In this document: positions 1 through 13,385 of the stretch, one piece after another | How positions within the stretch are numbered: position 1 is the stretch's first letter | Layout of the letters: every line of letters begins with the position of its first letter | Assembly (NCBI GenBank): GCA_050575255.1 | Contig: JBNZDD010013730.1 | Location: 9,022,381-9,086,380, forward strand | Length of the DNA stretch: 64,000 bases | Direction of reading: 5' to 3' | From: Harriotta raleighana | Taxonomy: Eukaryota | Translations under genes and position numbers: made by a program | Notes under the pieces: model-generated | What the model was told of the DNA's origin: nothing | The model's database searches: none | The model's input: the letters and a program-made list of their open reading frames with translations, nothing else

Positions 1-59
1 ATTGTCTGTTAGATTTACATTAACTGCATTGTACACTGTCGCTTTTGTTTTGATTAGCC

Positions 60-400
60 AGGTGCTTGACATATGCTGAAATCCATCATTGAAGGATATA
101 GAAATGATGGAAAGAGTACAGAGTAGGTCTATTAGGACAATATCATGGCTAGTAGGTTACCACAGAAGAATGAGGCTTGAGTGATCGGAAACACAATACA
201 GTATATGATTTGGATTGAAAACTAAAGATTCAAATATTCGTAGAGAAAGGGTTAATTCATATTCCCAGTTTCCCCCAAATAATGAGAGCTATTGTGCAGA
301 TGGTATTTATTATAGGTCGTTAAGGACAATGGTTATGAAGCATTTCTCTTCTATTGTCTCAAGGGAAAGCTCTACTTGTTTTGGGGCCAAAATACTGAGC
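60..400 (+). mobile_element. Highly degenerate CR1-like LINE ORF2 3' fragment
   Basis: Reads KDIEMMERVQSRSIRTISWL, similar to the C-terminal CR1 ORF2 motif; boundaries approximate. Confidence 0.5.
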
Positions 401-1726
401 TATTTCTGGAAATGCTTTTATTTCTGGTTGCAACAGTAATTTTCAGAATTTCAAAAAAGTTTACTGGAGGAGAACAAATCATTGAAATAACTTCTTTAGT
501 AAAGCTTGACTGGCGCAGTGCCTTCTGCCTTACGAGCACAGAAACAATGGATGGAAAAGGCCCTTCTGCCTATCTCCACATCCCTTGATACCTTTACTTC
601 CCAAGTGTGTATATTTGTCCTGTGTATGGACGAAAATTAAACAGCTATCCCAATTCAAACATCCAAATAGTCTAGTCTTCTGGCAGAAGCCTCCGAGATA
701 CAAGCCAATGTAATGACAACTGGTTTTGCGTGCTATTCGTGCTTCTTTTTCTCTCTCTCCCTGGCCCTCTCTCGGTTTCCTTTTCCTCCACTTAGCCACA
801 CAAGCAAGGTTTTTGTTTCAACTATAGAAAATATGATTCCTAAAAATATGGCTGGTTCTATTTGCCAGGCTTCAACTCAATCTAGTGAGATACATTGATG
901 ATTTGCTGAATATCAGTGGCCAGCAGTGGTGCTCCTACTTGTGATCTAATCTTCTGCAACGTGCAACCATAAGTTACCATGTCTAAATTGTGTGTAAGTT
1001 ATGAACCACATGTTATTGCCAAGTGGTAACGTACCTGCTTGTGATACCAAGCGCCATGGGTACTAAAGTGAGAGTATTCCCTCCAGCTTGAGCCAAACAT
1101 GTGAACATGAGCAAATTTGGGTTAAGCCAACATGCAGCCATATATTATTTGGTAGCAAACAAGAACATGTCATAGTCCTAAAGGCAGATGAATAAGGCTT
1201 GAGTGATCTGTAACACAGTCTATGACCTGGGGTGAAAACTACAGGGTCAAATATCATCTTGGCAGTTTTTAACAACACTATTGAGGTGCGTAAATGGGGG
1301 CAAAAGAGGTCAGGCTAACAGACGATTAATTTTCTTCTCAATTCTGGGNGTTTTTAACAACACTATTGAGGTGCGTAAATGGGGGCAAAAGAGGTCAGGA
1401 GATCAGGCTAACAGACGATTAATTTTCTTCTCAATTCTGGATTCTTGTAAATATGAAGGTGGATATATAGTATCCATTATGTGAATTGGATATTTTTGTC
1501 ATTATTCAATATAAATTGGTTACTGTTATGAAACAATTAAAACAAATATTAATTGAATCACCCCCAACATTTTCAAACAGGGTTTTGAGGGAAATAAATT
1601 CCACACCCTGAGTGAATGATATATCAATAAAGAATTTAAGAAAGCTGTTCAAAAGGTTTGCAAAAAAAGTTAGTTTGAAGCAATCATAAGGAAATCAAAA
1701 TGTCTCAAAACATTAACAGTAAAAAA

Positions 1727-2212
1727 AATCCTTGCATTTGATATAGTGCTTTTCACGTCTTCTAGATGTCTCAAAGCGCTTCACAGAATATATTTTAAAG
1801 TGAATTGACTGTATATATGTGGGCAAAAAACATTCGCACAATGAAGTGAATTGACAATTGTTTTGTAAGCAAATTCAGTAGCTAATTTATGTAGCCATAA
1901 TGTCCCACAATCTGCTGTGAACTAAATTAATCTTTTGGGGGTGAAGGTGATTGAGGGAAGAATATTGACTAGGTCACCAGGAGTATATACTCTGTTCTTT
2001 GTAATCATGTTCTTTAATTCTCCCTGAATTGCTAGGACAGGCAAAATGAAACCTTGGTTGAGTATCTCATCTGAAGGACATTGTCATACTTGCTCAATAC
2101 TGCTTGGATTGCTAGCCTCGACTATGACATACAGTCATGGGCTAGGGCTTGGGTTAAACACAAAATCAACTGACCCAGAGATATGCCTGCGACCAACTGA
2201 ATTAAGCTGATG
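1727..2212 (-). mobile_element. SINE 3' tail plus older Deu-type SINE remnant
   Basis: aatccttgcatttgatatagtgcttttca...aaagcgcttcacagaatat tail shared with other copies; tctcatctgaaggac core and accaactga head remnant. Confidence 0.7.
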
Positions 2213-2407
2213 CCTAACTTTCCTTCATTGTACTGAAAGTTGAAATTAAATCACAAGAAAACTAAAAGGCACCTCTGACTCCATTGGAAACAAATGTGAA
2301 TCTTGCCTTCACCTTTCCCAATGGCCCATATGTATGTGAGTGTTCCATAAAGGATCAAACATACAGACTATTCACTGACGCTAGCCAATGTTCCAATACA
2401 CATTTAT

Positions 2408-2728
2408 AATTTGGCTGTGCGCAATTTGGCTGCCACGTTTCTCCCCAGATATACACCTGGTTTTCCTTCTCTCTTCCTTCTACCCCAACCCCTCCCCTTG
2501 CCCTCTTTCCCCCTTTCAATCCCTGGCCCTCTCGCTTCCATGACTGTTTGTGGGGACACTGCTGTGCGCAATTTGGCTGCCGCGTTTCGCCCACAAATAT
2601 ACAGTCAGTATTTTCCTGCTTTTCTTCCCCCGACCCCTCCCCCCACTTGACTGTACAGCGCCTTGGGACGTCCTCCTGACGTGAAAGGCGCTATATAAAT
2701 ACAATAAATAAATAAATAAATAAATAAT
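2408..2728 (+). mobile_element. Young SINE/L2-tail retroposon with duplicated core and (TAAA)n tail
   Basis: ctgtgcgcaatttggctgcc core occurs twice; gacgtgaaaggcgctatataaat tail; closely similar to 32985-33255. Confidence 0.8.
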
Positions 2729-2965
2729 AGGAAATCCATTAAATGTTTCTAAACCGGAAAATAACTTGTTTTTCATATTCTGGCCAATTGTGGGCAGCAG
2801 ACATATCCAAAAAGAAGCAAACTAATATTGGTGTATTTTGTCTTGCAACATAGTCTAGACAATGTGGAGGGAGAGGATTGCGAGGGTATTGGAAGGGGTA
2901 ATACACTTACGTACTATACCTGTAGCTGGCAGGAAAGAACCAAAGTATTAGCCTTTTGTACTCAC

Positions 2966-3085
2966 CTGCTGCCCAGTGACAAGAAGGATAGCACCTTCTT
3001 TCCAATGCGCAACTTGTCTATAAATGTGATCTAAAATTAAAAGCTCACTCCAGCAGTTCTGAAGAAGCTTCATTTGGTCATCAAC
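2966..3085 (-). CDS. NR5A2: NR5A2 LBD exon, 120 nt: [40 protein letters not shown]
   Basis: Manual translation; acceptor ttcacAG|GTT, donor CAG|GTGAGT; phase 0/0 matches the upstream exon. Too short for the ORF track. Confidence 0.96.
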
Positions 3086-3875
3086 CTGTGAAGCAAAAAA
3101 AGCACAGTCTCTCAGAGATCAATTCCCAAATGTCATTGTTTTAATAGCAAAATAAGTTTATCACAGGAAATATTAACAGTAAAATCCTTTCCCCAGATTT
3201 CATACAGGCAGCTTGTAGGTCCTGGCAAACAAGCTTTTGAATTTCACAATTGCAGCTTATTGGGCATCCTTGCTACTGTACTCAGAGCATCTAACTCACT
3301 ACAAATCGCAAATGAATCAAATCTGTGTCCTTTCCAGTCTGTTCAGCTCAGTTGCTTTTAAAAATTGACGTACATATCAATCAATTTCTCCAAGTCTAAT
3401 GTTCCAGAGATGCACATCAAAAAAGGCTTTGCGGATAGTTGTGTGAATCGTGGCTGTAACCTGAAAGCTTTCAGCCTCCGAGGGTTAAAGGAGTTTCTAT
3501 GGATAACAGAGAGTAATTGCCTGGAAGAATTATTTCTGTGGTACTTATTCATTAGACAGGGCACAAGAAGCAAGCTGTCACTATCCGTAAGTACACAGGA
3601 AATTGAATTTGGGTGTTTCAGTAGACAGGACTTAATTCAGAGAATTTTATGTAATTGTTCAGCTCTTGCCAAGCAATTTGTATTACCCCTCTCTGAGTCA
3701 TATATATATATATATATGATACTATAAACGATACTATAGAAAATGACAGGCAGGGTGTAAAAAGACTGGAAAGCCAAGCTAATTTATTTGAAAAAAATTT
3801 AGAGTGAATTGAACTGAAAGATTAGCATTTCTCTCCCCAACCCACACATACAATTCACTTCACACTTCACTATCT

Positions 3876-4052
3876 TGTAGGGCGCTTGACAATGAGGGAA
3901 ACATGAGGCAGAGCCGGGGGGAGGGGGAGGTGACTGGAGGCATAGTCGAAGAGGAAGGTTTTCATGTACCGACCTGAAGATGGCAAAGGAAGGGGCCAGG
4001 GATAGAGGAGGAATGTTTCAGAGTTCTGGGGCATAGTACCTGAAAGCGCAAT
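3876..4052 (-). mobile_element. L2 LINE ORF2 C-terminal fragment
   Basis: Minus strand reads AFRYYAPEL...KTFLFDYAS, typical of the L2 ORF2 end. Confidence 0.65.
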
Positions 4053-4319
4053 CACTGACACTAATTGTGAGATCAGCAAGCACAGCACAGACCATGGATT
4101 GAACCCGCAGCCTTTCTCATCTGTAGAGCTTAGTTTCACTCAAATCAGTAGCTTTACCAACTGAGCCATGAGTGCAGCCTCAGTCTCTGAACTTTTTCCA
4201 ATTTATAAAATAATCATTGGGATGCAAATTAAATATTGCAGGGGTCGATTTTCAACAACAAAAAAAGATTTAAGATGCTTTAAAACTGAAGGGATTAAAT
4301 AATATAATCAGGTGTGATC

Positions 4320-4462
4320 TCAGTTTCATGTCTCAACCGAAGGTCGGCACCTCCAACAATGCAATACTCCCTGAGCACTACATTACTCTCTTGATGTGAG
4401 ATGTGAATCCACAACCTTCTAAATTAAGAGGCAAAAGTGTTACCAACTGAGTCAAGTTGACA
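4320..4462 (-). mobile_element. Deu-type tRNA-SINE 5' half
   Basis: tctcaaccgaaggtcggcacctccaacaatgcaatactccct core and ttaccaactgagtcaagttgaca head. Confidence 0.6.
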
Positions 4463-6282
4463 AGTGATTTTCCTCTTCACTGCAGAGCAGTTGCAGTTTT
4501 GATTTCTTTCATATCAAGTCAAACCTTATTTTGCAACAGCGGGTTGCAATGTCAGGGCATAGATCATAATCCCTCTATATTGTAGTAGTGGGAGACCAGG
4601 CTTGATTTATTTGCTTTGGCCTGCAAGAGGTTTGAGCAGTGATGCTAATTCGCACAAATTTTTCCATGAATTAAAGCAGAGAAGACCTGGAATAATGGTA
4701 GTAACAGATCAGGCTTAAATTTTCGAGATCTTTAGGGTGGGAGCTGAAGAGGATTGGGAATGGAAGTAGTTGACCAAAAGCATGGCCAAAGATGTAAGTC
4801 TTGAGTGGGTTTAAAAATGGAGAAAGAGGGTGATGAGCCAAGGGGGACTTTGAAATAGAGATCCAGAGAGCAGGGCAGAATGGCTAAAAGCTTGCCCACT
4901 GATAGTGGGGCAGATAGGGTGAGGAAGGATTATGAAAGTCCGAGAGATGGGGTAGGGGGTGAAGCTGTGATGGGGGATGCTATGCTGGGGAAACAAAATA
5001 TTTTTTGTTCCCACAATTAACATTGTGCAGGGAAATTGGTGTGGGCAAACTGAAGGGTGAGGCAACTTGTCACAAACAACCACTCTGTTTGACTGGGTCG
5101 GCTTCGCGTCTGACTTGCAAGGGTTCTAACTCACTGCACCACCTATTCCACTGTGTGAATAAGATTTCCAGTAACCATCTGCTGGTAGCATTGGGATTTT
5201 GTTTGAAGTATTTGTTTGATCCACAGATGAATATTCCAACATGAACACAATGTTTCAAAATGTCCAGTTACTTAACTGAGTGCTTCACAACACATGCTTC
5301 CTTTGTCAAGGTTATTTATTAAGTAATTTGCTCACCAAACGACAGGCCTCTGCACAATCATTTATTATTAATTTTATTATAGTAAAGGGTTATCTCAACA
5401 CAAGCGGCTCCTGAAGCCAAGTAAATGCCTGTGGTGACGTTCAATATGAAGGAGTCAAAGTTTGAACAAGAGTGTTATTGTTGCCTGGATTTCTTCCCAC
5501 ACCTCCTCCCATTAATTAATTTAAACTGTTGCTGATAAATGAAAGCAAGCACTAAGGTTGGTAAACAGAGCAAAAGAAAAATGTGTATAATGTATGGGTA
5601 AAATAACATTTTTGTTCCCCTTATCTCCTCTGTGTAACCATCCTTTGTACATGCTGTGACATTCCACTAAAAACTATTTATCAATTATCTGAGGAAAAGG
5701 ACAATGTTATAATATTGCCTCCTCAGCTGGGGGTATATTTGCTTCTGAAACTATTTGAAAAAGCCCCATGATAATACAACTGTGCCAGTCAGCTTTGAGT
5801 TTTCGATTCAGTCAAAGGACCCCCTAAATCACTGGTCTGCCCAATCCACTGTATATACAAGCTACCATAACTAATTGAATAACACTGTATTGAGGAATGC
5901 CACCCATTAGCTGTGTCAAAATCTCCCCAAATTGCTATGGAATTTTCCAGAGCCAAAGGCTAACATTGCTCATATCTGTTAGTTTTGTTATTTACATCAT
6001 GTTAATTATTTAGTGACAATTTTACTTAAACGAACATGAATCGTTTTCGGCTGGAAAGTTCTGCCTCTGGTCATCTACTTAGTTTTCATCCACTTAGTCA
6101 CCAACAGCTACCTGGCTTTAAGCCCAAGGGTCAACTACTACTGACAAGTGTCTGTGACTCAAGCTACTTACTAAGGGGATAAGTAATCATCTGGGGTCTG
6201 GATGAACTGATACAGCTGTTAGTTGTTGCAGTAATTGAGTTTGCATAAATATTCTTTCTGTATTTCAAAATATTTTTTTAAA

Positions 6283-6466
6283 AATTGGTCATTCATTCCA
6301 TGACTGTTTATGGGACACTGCTGAGCGCTATTATCTGTTGTGTTTCGACAGACACAAACCATACAGTCAATTCACTTTACAGTATATTCTGTGAAGCGCT
6401 TTGAGACATAGAATCATGGAATCATAAAATTACATCTCAAAGATGTAAATGCAAGAATTATTATTA
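6283..6466 (+). mobile_element. tRNA-SINE 3' half
   Basis: ggtcatt..ccatgactgtttatgggacactgctg...tgaagcgctttgagac...gcaagaattattatt. Confidence 0.75.
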
Positions 6467-9400
6467 ATGTCATTTTTCATCAGGTTTACTTGAATGAAGC
6501 TAATCAAAGCTACACACATGTCATCAAGTAACAGAACTGCTACGCTCCCCAAACATTACTCTTAAAGGGGCCATCTCAATCTTCAAATTGTTTGATGAGA
6601 TATACTGAATGACAAATCTGACAATAAGGTATGCAAACAATGCATTTTTTAATGCTTATTTAGCAATGAGATTTCAATAAACTGGACCAAGTCAAAACTA
6701 TCTGCCGCTACTGTATGTTAAACTAACAAAGAATAATACAGAACTGGTAAAGCTCAGACATCAGTGCCCAGAATCTAAATCATTTTGGTGACTTTGGAGA
6801 ACTTTATAATATTGTAACGATACATATTAATTCATTCCACTCCAACAATTAAAATGCTTTCACAATCACTCTGTGAAGGTTAATGAATATTGTAATAACA
6901 GTGTGGGTAATTTGCTCCCAAGTGTCCATTCCAGGAATCCCCAATATCTATTTTTAAAATTCAATGGATTTCTAAAACAGTTACAAGATTCCACATGTGG
7001 CTCCAAGTAGGGGGAATTCCTGGCACGTACATCTAGCATTTTATAATCGATACTCATGAGGATTCACAATGGATTCACATCTTTACAAGATGTAAAGAAT
7101 ATCTTTTATCCGCGTGTACGTGACAATGAGGTACGTTAGAATAAGGAATTATAGCACGATCAACACGTTGGGAACAACATGGATGGGATAAATTTGCTAA
7201 GAGGGAAGTGGAAGGAGAACTTGGAATGCAAGTTGGTTTGTTGCTCACCAGTGTCCAAACAGTGAGATGCAGCAATAAACAAGGAGGGAATAAAACTGCT
7301 GGATGGGGCTGCAATGCCAATTCCGTTGAAGTCAGATCCCAAAAGTCATGTTCAAGATATTCTAAGAGTACTGCAAAGCGCACTGGTTGCTGTGACAATG
7401 AAGAGCCATCCGGAGCCAGGAGGCAATCTGGAGGAAAGCAACAAAGCTGATTTCTGGTGTTAGAGATAAACTTTGAGGAATGACTAGATAAACAAGGGCT
7501 CTTCAGCCTTGTTAAGCATCATCACAGTCTGGGTATAAGATGCTAAATTAAATAAGACCAATACTCTGAGATAATTCAAGAAGGCATGACAAGAAAAAAA
7601 TGTTCAGGATTTTGAAGAGTAATTTTAGTACAATAATTAGACCGCTTAACTCATTTATCAAATGGATGATACAGAACAATAGAATACCAGCTTCAAAGAT
7701 AAGACTGAACTCAACAATTTTCTGAATTCTGAGTGCTCTAAAACACTATCTAAATAGATTAAATATAGACCCAGATGGAATTTCTCCTCATAACTAGACT
7801 TTTGTTTTGGGGAGGTGGGGGTGGGGAGAGAGAACATTAACCTGGTTTGCTGGTCCCGATCGATACTGAGTGGAACCACCCCTGAATAACGTGGACAAGC
7901 TGAAGACAGTTTAAGCGCAGATGTGATTCCCTCTCTTCTGTGGTTGAACAGCCTGTTTTAGCTTCATACACGAAGAAGGCTACTTGGGTTAGATCCTGGC
8001 AGACATCCAGTGCCTTGGCAGCATACCCAGTATAAGTAGAGAAGAAAGCATACACAAAACGAGCAATTTGGAGTTTAACCTTACACACTGGTCTTTGATG
8101 TAATAAACTAACTCTTGCAGTTGTCTGATCAGAATATCAACACCGGCTCATTTTTGCCCCCACCCCCCCCGCACCCATCCCCAACCCCCAAATATACCGT
8201 CTAACTAAAAGCACTTTTTGTTGTTTCTTTTAATCCTACTCAATAGATACAGCTCGGTCAGTTGTAATCTTTTTTTCAAGCAGAATTCTCTAAATCCAAG
8301 CTCCCTGAAGGAAAAATGAAACTTTCACTCTCATTCATTTTATTGAGCTTCTATCAAGGCAACTCCATGTCAAGTAAGGTTCTGGCGAAGAATGCCAGAT
8401 ACTTGATTCTGTAGTTGATCAAAGGGGAGGATATTATCCACATTTCTGAACTTTCCCTCTTTGTGTCATTTTATCTCGAGAGCTTTCCAGGAGAATTTAG
8501 GCCAGGTTACTCAAAACCCCTGTATATCTGAGATGTACATTCTTACTCTTACTCTAAGAATAAATTTATGAATGAGGACACATACTGAACCCTCTATATA
8601 AGAACAAATTAGAGTCAATCCTTTACTTTGCTCATTCTCCAATTTGATTGACAGCAGGGAGAGTGGGAAAGGTCAATAAAACACAATCTGATAGGCTTAT
8701 CATCTTGGAAGGCTACCTCTATCTTCATGGTAAAGGGTACAAATGGTGGTTTGGGAGTTGGCTGACTGCCCACTCTATCGGCAGTGGATGTACCACATAA
8801 TGAGGTTAATTTCTGTAAAACTAAATTACAAATAAAATCATCTTTTTAATATTAATAGCTGTCAATGTTGTGGAAGACACACATCCACGTGGACTTGCAG
8901 CAGAATCTACTTGCGTTTGATATTGAATTTGGAAATTGTCAAGTTAGCGAAGCTGGAAGCATTAAACTCCTTCCAGGTACAATGGCTGTCAAAGATTTTA
9001 GACAAGAACATTTAATTACTAATGCATAAAAACGTCATCTCAATGACTGATCCACCATCATTACAGGTTTAGGGACCAACTGGACATTGCTTAAACAGTC
9101 AAATAAATCACCTGCTCTTCGTTTGCAGTCTAAGCATAGCAAGCCTAACAGTCTCCAAACAAGACTCGTAATTCAAATGAGGTGAAGTGTTTTTTTTTGA
9201 CACTACAAAATACTGTTCTCCAGTAAATTTGTAAACAATCTACATCAATGCTTTTAAAAGATAACATTGAAGAATTTCTACCCTACTCATTGAACTAAAT
9301 TTTTGATGAATCACAAATGGCTTATATCTATCTTTTATTTATTCTTTTAATAAGTGCTTTATCTACTGTATAGACAAATGGTTTCAATCCTATATCTTGG

Positions 9401-10996
9401 ATTGCAGACAACTCAAAACAAGGTGAGACAAATGCAAAACCTCCTCATGAGTGTGGGTTTGAACTTAAATGAAATGCACTCAGCTTTCCTTCCAATCACT
9501 CTGTTGCTTACTTGCAATTAATTTTGACAAAAGTTCCTCCAAATTCAGAAACGGTCAAATCTGTGACATTTCGGAAAAATACATCCCGTTAGCATCCACA
9601 ATGACTCACAAAAATTTTGCAATACTGCAATATGCAATACTGTAAACCTGCAGTTCAGTATGATGTGTTTCCAGTTATTGGAAGGAGAGATCGTGTGGAC
9701 TCCCACAGTCCGGCACTCAAAACTCTGTGATCCAATGGGTTGTCAGTACCAACATTGACCTTGGGAGGCTTTGGGTTTGATGCCAAGTCAAGGCTGGGGT
9801 AAAGGGCTCTCCATCATATTTATCAATCAACTATGTGGTTTTACACTACACCCTGCAATTTTCACCCTATAATTTTCCCCCTATAATTTTCCCCATGCAA
9901 TACTGCAACCTCAGTTAATGTTGTTAAGATCAACTTCCCTTTCCTGATTTCTAGCAAGGATCCCCTGCTGGAAAGAGCATGTCTGCATATCTACAAATAT
10001 CTGGTGAAAGTAAGATACGTTTGGTTAGGATACACAGCAGTCAAAGAGCCTGTCAAGACCAGAGGTGGTTTCCCCCATAGAACTGAACCCTAGCATGATT
10101 CTAGGGCTTCGGTAAGGGGCCTTTCGGTAAAGGTTGACTTAATCGTCATTCAGTTTGTTGCAAAGCATTCTAATAGAAAATGTGTCTATTAATCCCTCTT
10201 GGAAGGCATGATGTTTAACAAAGCTCAGGCTGTCTCTAATTGACACAATTCTGTGTATTTTCTACAATATAAAATACATATTTATGACTTCCTCATTGAT
10301 AAGAATGTTGATATAATGTCCCTACGGATTTCCCCATATTTCTGTGGCTGGTGCCAACAACACTGCAAATTACAAGCTAAGATTCACACTTTTGATTTAA
10401 ACATGAAAAACATGGCCAACGTCCCAGAATTGCTGGGCAACAGCAGGGCTGATTTTTGAAAGGCTCATTTCCACATGAAATGATTTATTTGCCCCAGGAG
10501 GCTAGATTAGCTAAAGGCCCGAAAGCTCACAGAGGATGTGGGCACTAGGTGTGATGCCCTACCTACCCAAAGTTGGTCCTACATCAAGCTGAGATGTTTG
10601 ATCAATGTGCTGACTTGTGTAATACCATAAGATTGTTCGCTCTACTAGATACAGATGAGTATCAACCAAAGTTTCTCCTTCTATTTTTCTCCCCACCCAT
10701 CTCCTGAAGGCATTTAACTGTTCTCTTCTACTGCAGTAGAGTGCGAAACACCATCCGGTACCTCACACTCTTTTGGCTTAATTCTATGTGTAAATACAAT
10801 ATTTCATATATTGTCAGGTGACTGTAATAGGTGATATATTGTCATCTGTTATACAGTAAATAACCACACTTACTTTCATTCAACAAAAGTACCAAAGTGG
10901 TAAAGCTCTGGGCAGCTTATTAAGCTATTCGCTTTAGTTTGTGTCATTGTAGTGGGAAAGGAGTGATTGATCCCTGCTGGGTGACATTAGAATATA

Positions 10997-11262
10997 ATAA
11001 TAATAATAATAACCATTGCATTTGATATAGCGCTTTTCATATCTTCTAGACGTCTCAAAGTGCTTCATAGAATACACTACGAAGTAAGCACTCTGAGACG
11101 CCGTCCGGCGTGGAGGGCGCTATATAAATCAAAGTTGTTGTTATTGTTATATCTGTGGGAGAAATGCGGCAGCCATTTGCACACAACAGTGTCCCACAAA
11201 CAGTCTTGGATTAAAATGACCAATTTTATTATTGTGGTTCTTTTTGGAAGGATTATTATTAA
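10997..11262 (-). mobile_element. SINE 3' half interrupted by an opposite-strand L2-type tail (11084-11148)
   Basis: (AAT)n tail and core match 13061-13270. The insert aagcactctgagacgccgtccggcgtggagggcgctatataaatcaaagttgttg resembles the reverse complement of 25635-25690. Confidence 0.75.
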
Positions 11263-13060
11263 TGATATTTACACAAGGCATGGTCTAAATCTCCAGCATG
11301 CTAATTTCTGATCTGATTTAATGATTTCAGGAAAGTGGCATCATACTGAAATGCTGCTGGGTATCTTTATATAACTGTATGCAGCAGATTAATAGCATTT
11401 TAACTATTTGGGGAAATATCTTTGTGAAGTCAAGGAAATGGGGCATTTGTGATACTGAACTACCTGGCTAGAGAGCCGGAAGTATTGAGGCTAAGACCAT
11501 GCTGGGGAAGCCGAAGGCTTACAGTATATTTTACATTTAAAAGCATCAAACTATACCTGAGATTAAAAGAATTTACCGTACCTAAATGATTACATGTATG
11601 CTGCTGGGGACAGGGAGATGAGGAGATGGAAGAATATGCTTCAATGACTATGGGATTTAAGGTATAGAGTGTAGAATGTTTTCTCTGGGGATATAATGTT
11701 TGGGTTAAGTAAAAACGGTGAAGAAAATTGACTTAATGGGACAAATAGCACATGGTTCTTTATACTCCTGTAGCCCCTTTATTACATCAATATGGATTTC
11801 TAGCTAGCCATTCTGACTGCCATTTCAGTCTCCATTTTTTGTGTTGAAACTTGGGAGGTTCAGTATTATCGAGGCCACAAGGATGTCAACAGAGACCATC
11901 CAACCAAAACCTTCACTCTCACTGTTTGCTCTGCAGAGCATTTTGTTCAGAGCGTGTGAAACAGGAATATACCGTAAACACACTGGAAATACATACAAGG
12001 GTCAGAGGATTTAAAAATTGACTGATAAATCATCAGAGAATAATTGTATTGGATTTAAAATATATCCTGTAGGATCTTATTAGATGTGCTTTCAAAAGCT
12101 GGAAGATATCTCATGGTTTATGAGTGGAACAGAGTAGGATTTTTGAAACAAGCTTTATAGCTCAAACAGTAATATATTCCATAATGGTGAAATGTGATAT
12201 CAGATTTGTCAGTGCATTAGTTCATCATAGAATCTTACAGCGCAGAAGGAGTTCCACTCTGATCCTTTTCTAATCCTGTTCTCTGTGTTTAAAACCATGA
12301 GCTGACAAGCATATTGAACAAGGTGGTTTAATAATATTAAAATACCATTCGTATATATGTTTTATGAGCTGAAATGGTAAATTCTGACTCTTGAAGTTGC
12401 TACAGTGAAAGGAAACCTTCATTTTCCCATACAACAGCACCAAATTAAACTAGTTTGGGGTGAATCGAACTAATTTCAAGGCTGCACCGCCTGAATGAAT
12501 TTTTTTTCATTCTCTCTGCTTATTCTTCTCTCCCCCCACATACAATATATTCCATTTTGATAACCATGGATTACACTTTCAAGAAAAAAAATTACTTGTG
12601 AGCAATAATACAGCTGATTATGGAAAAAATAAAATTCAATACTTCCAAGGTCTCCAAAATGCCAAATGAAAATTTCATCAAATAACACTAGGACCTTGTT
12701 ATAAAGACTGCTTTTAAGAACCATACAAAAAGTTGGTAAACTAAAAATACACAATAACTCTCTATATGTTTATTTTGTGAATTTATGCTAAAGTACATGA
12801 AAAGCTCTCTAAGCCATCTGTTGAAATTATCCAGCATTTATTTTTGTAGTGAGGGAATGAATTGTAGAAATTCTGGTCGCACTGCAGAGGAATACAGGAA
12901 ACAAGCTCTACTTAATTTACACTATGCATTAAGTTTAGGGTGAGAGTGCTTTGCTACACATAATGTCAATGTTATGGTTGACTGCAGTGTATTCTACTTT
13001 GCTTTTCATCCATGCTTGTTAATAACTTTCTTTATGATTATAATTTCAAAAATGTCAACT

Positions 13061-13385
13061 AATAATAATAATAATCCTTGCATTTGATATAGCGCTTTTC
13101 ATATCTTATCGACGTCCCAAAGCGCTTCACAGAATATACTGTAAAGTGAATTGACTGTATATTTCTGGGCACAATGCGGCAGCCAATTGCGCACAGCAGC
13201 GTCCCCACAAACAGTCATGGATTGAAATGACCAATTTTATTATTGTTGTATTTTTGGAGGGATTATTATTAGGCATGTGGAGTAAGGAAACTTGCCCAAG
13301 GTTTCGCCCTGATCTGCCGGGATTCGAACACAGGTCTCATGCTTATAAGACAAGTGCTCTAACCACTAAACCACAGGAGCTCCAC
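13061..13385 (-). mobile_element. Full-length tRNA-derived SINE (Deu-like core, L2-type tail)
   Basis: Pol III A box TGGTTTAGTGG and B box GTTCGAATCC on the minus strand; core ctgctgtgcgcaattggctgccgc; (ATT)n tail. Confidence 0.9.

Noticed and set aside
1-2965. Search for the next NR5A2 exon (VDYS...LKFLVLFS)
   Set aside because: No matching minus-strand translation seen; presumably beyond the window's left edge.
7837-8088. 83-aa minus-strand ORF as a hidden exon or gene
   Set aside because: No recognisable homology or convincing splice context; length is compatible with chance.
13300-13385. tRNA-like sequences (also 33543-33610, 58540-58615, 61355-61410)
   Set aside because: These are SINE heads continuous with SINE bodies, not tRNA genes.
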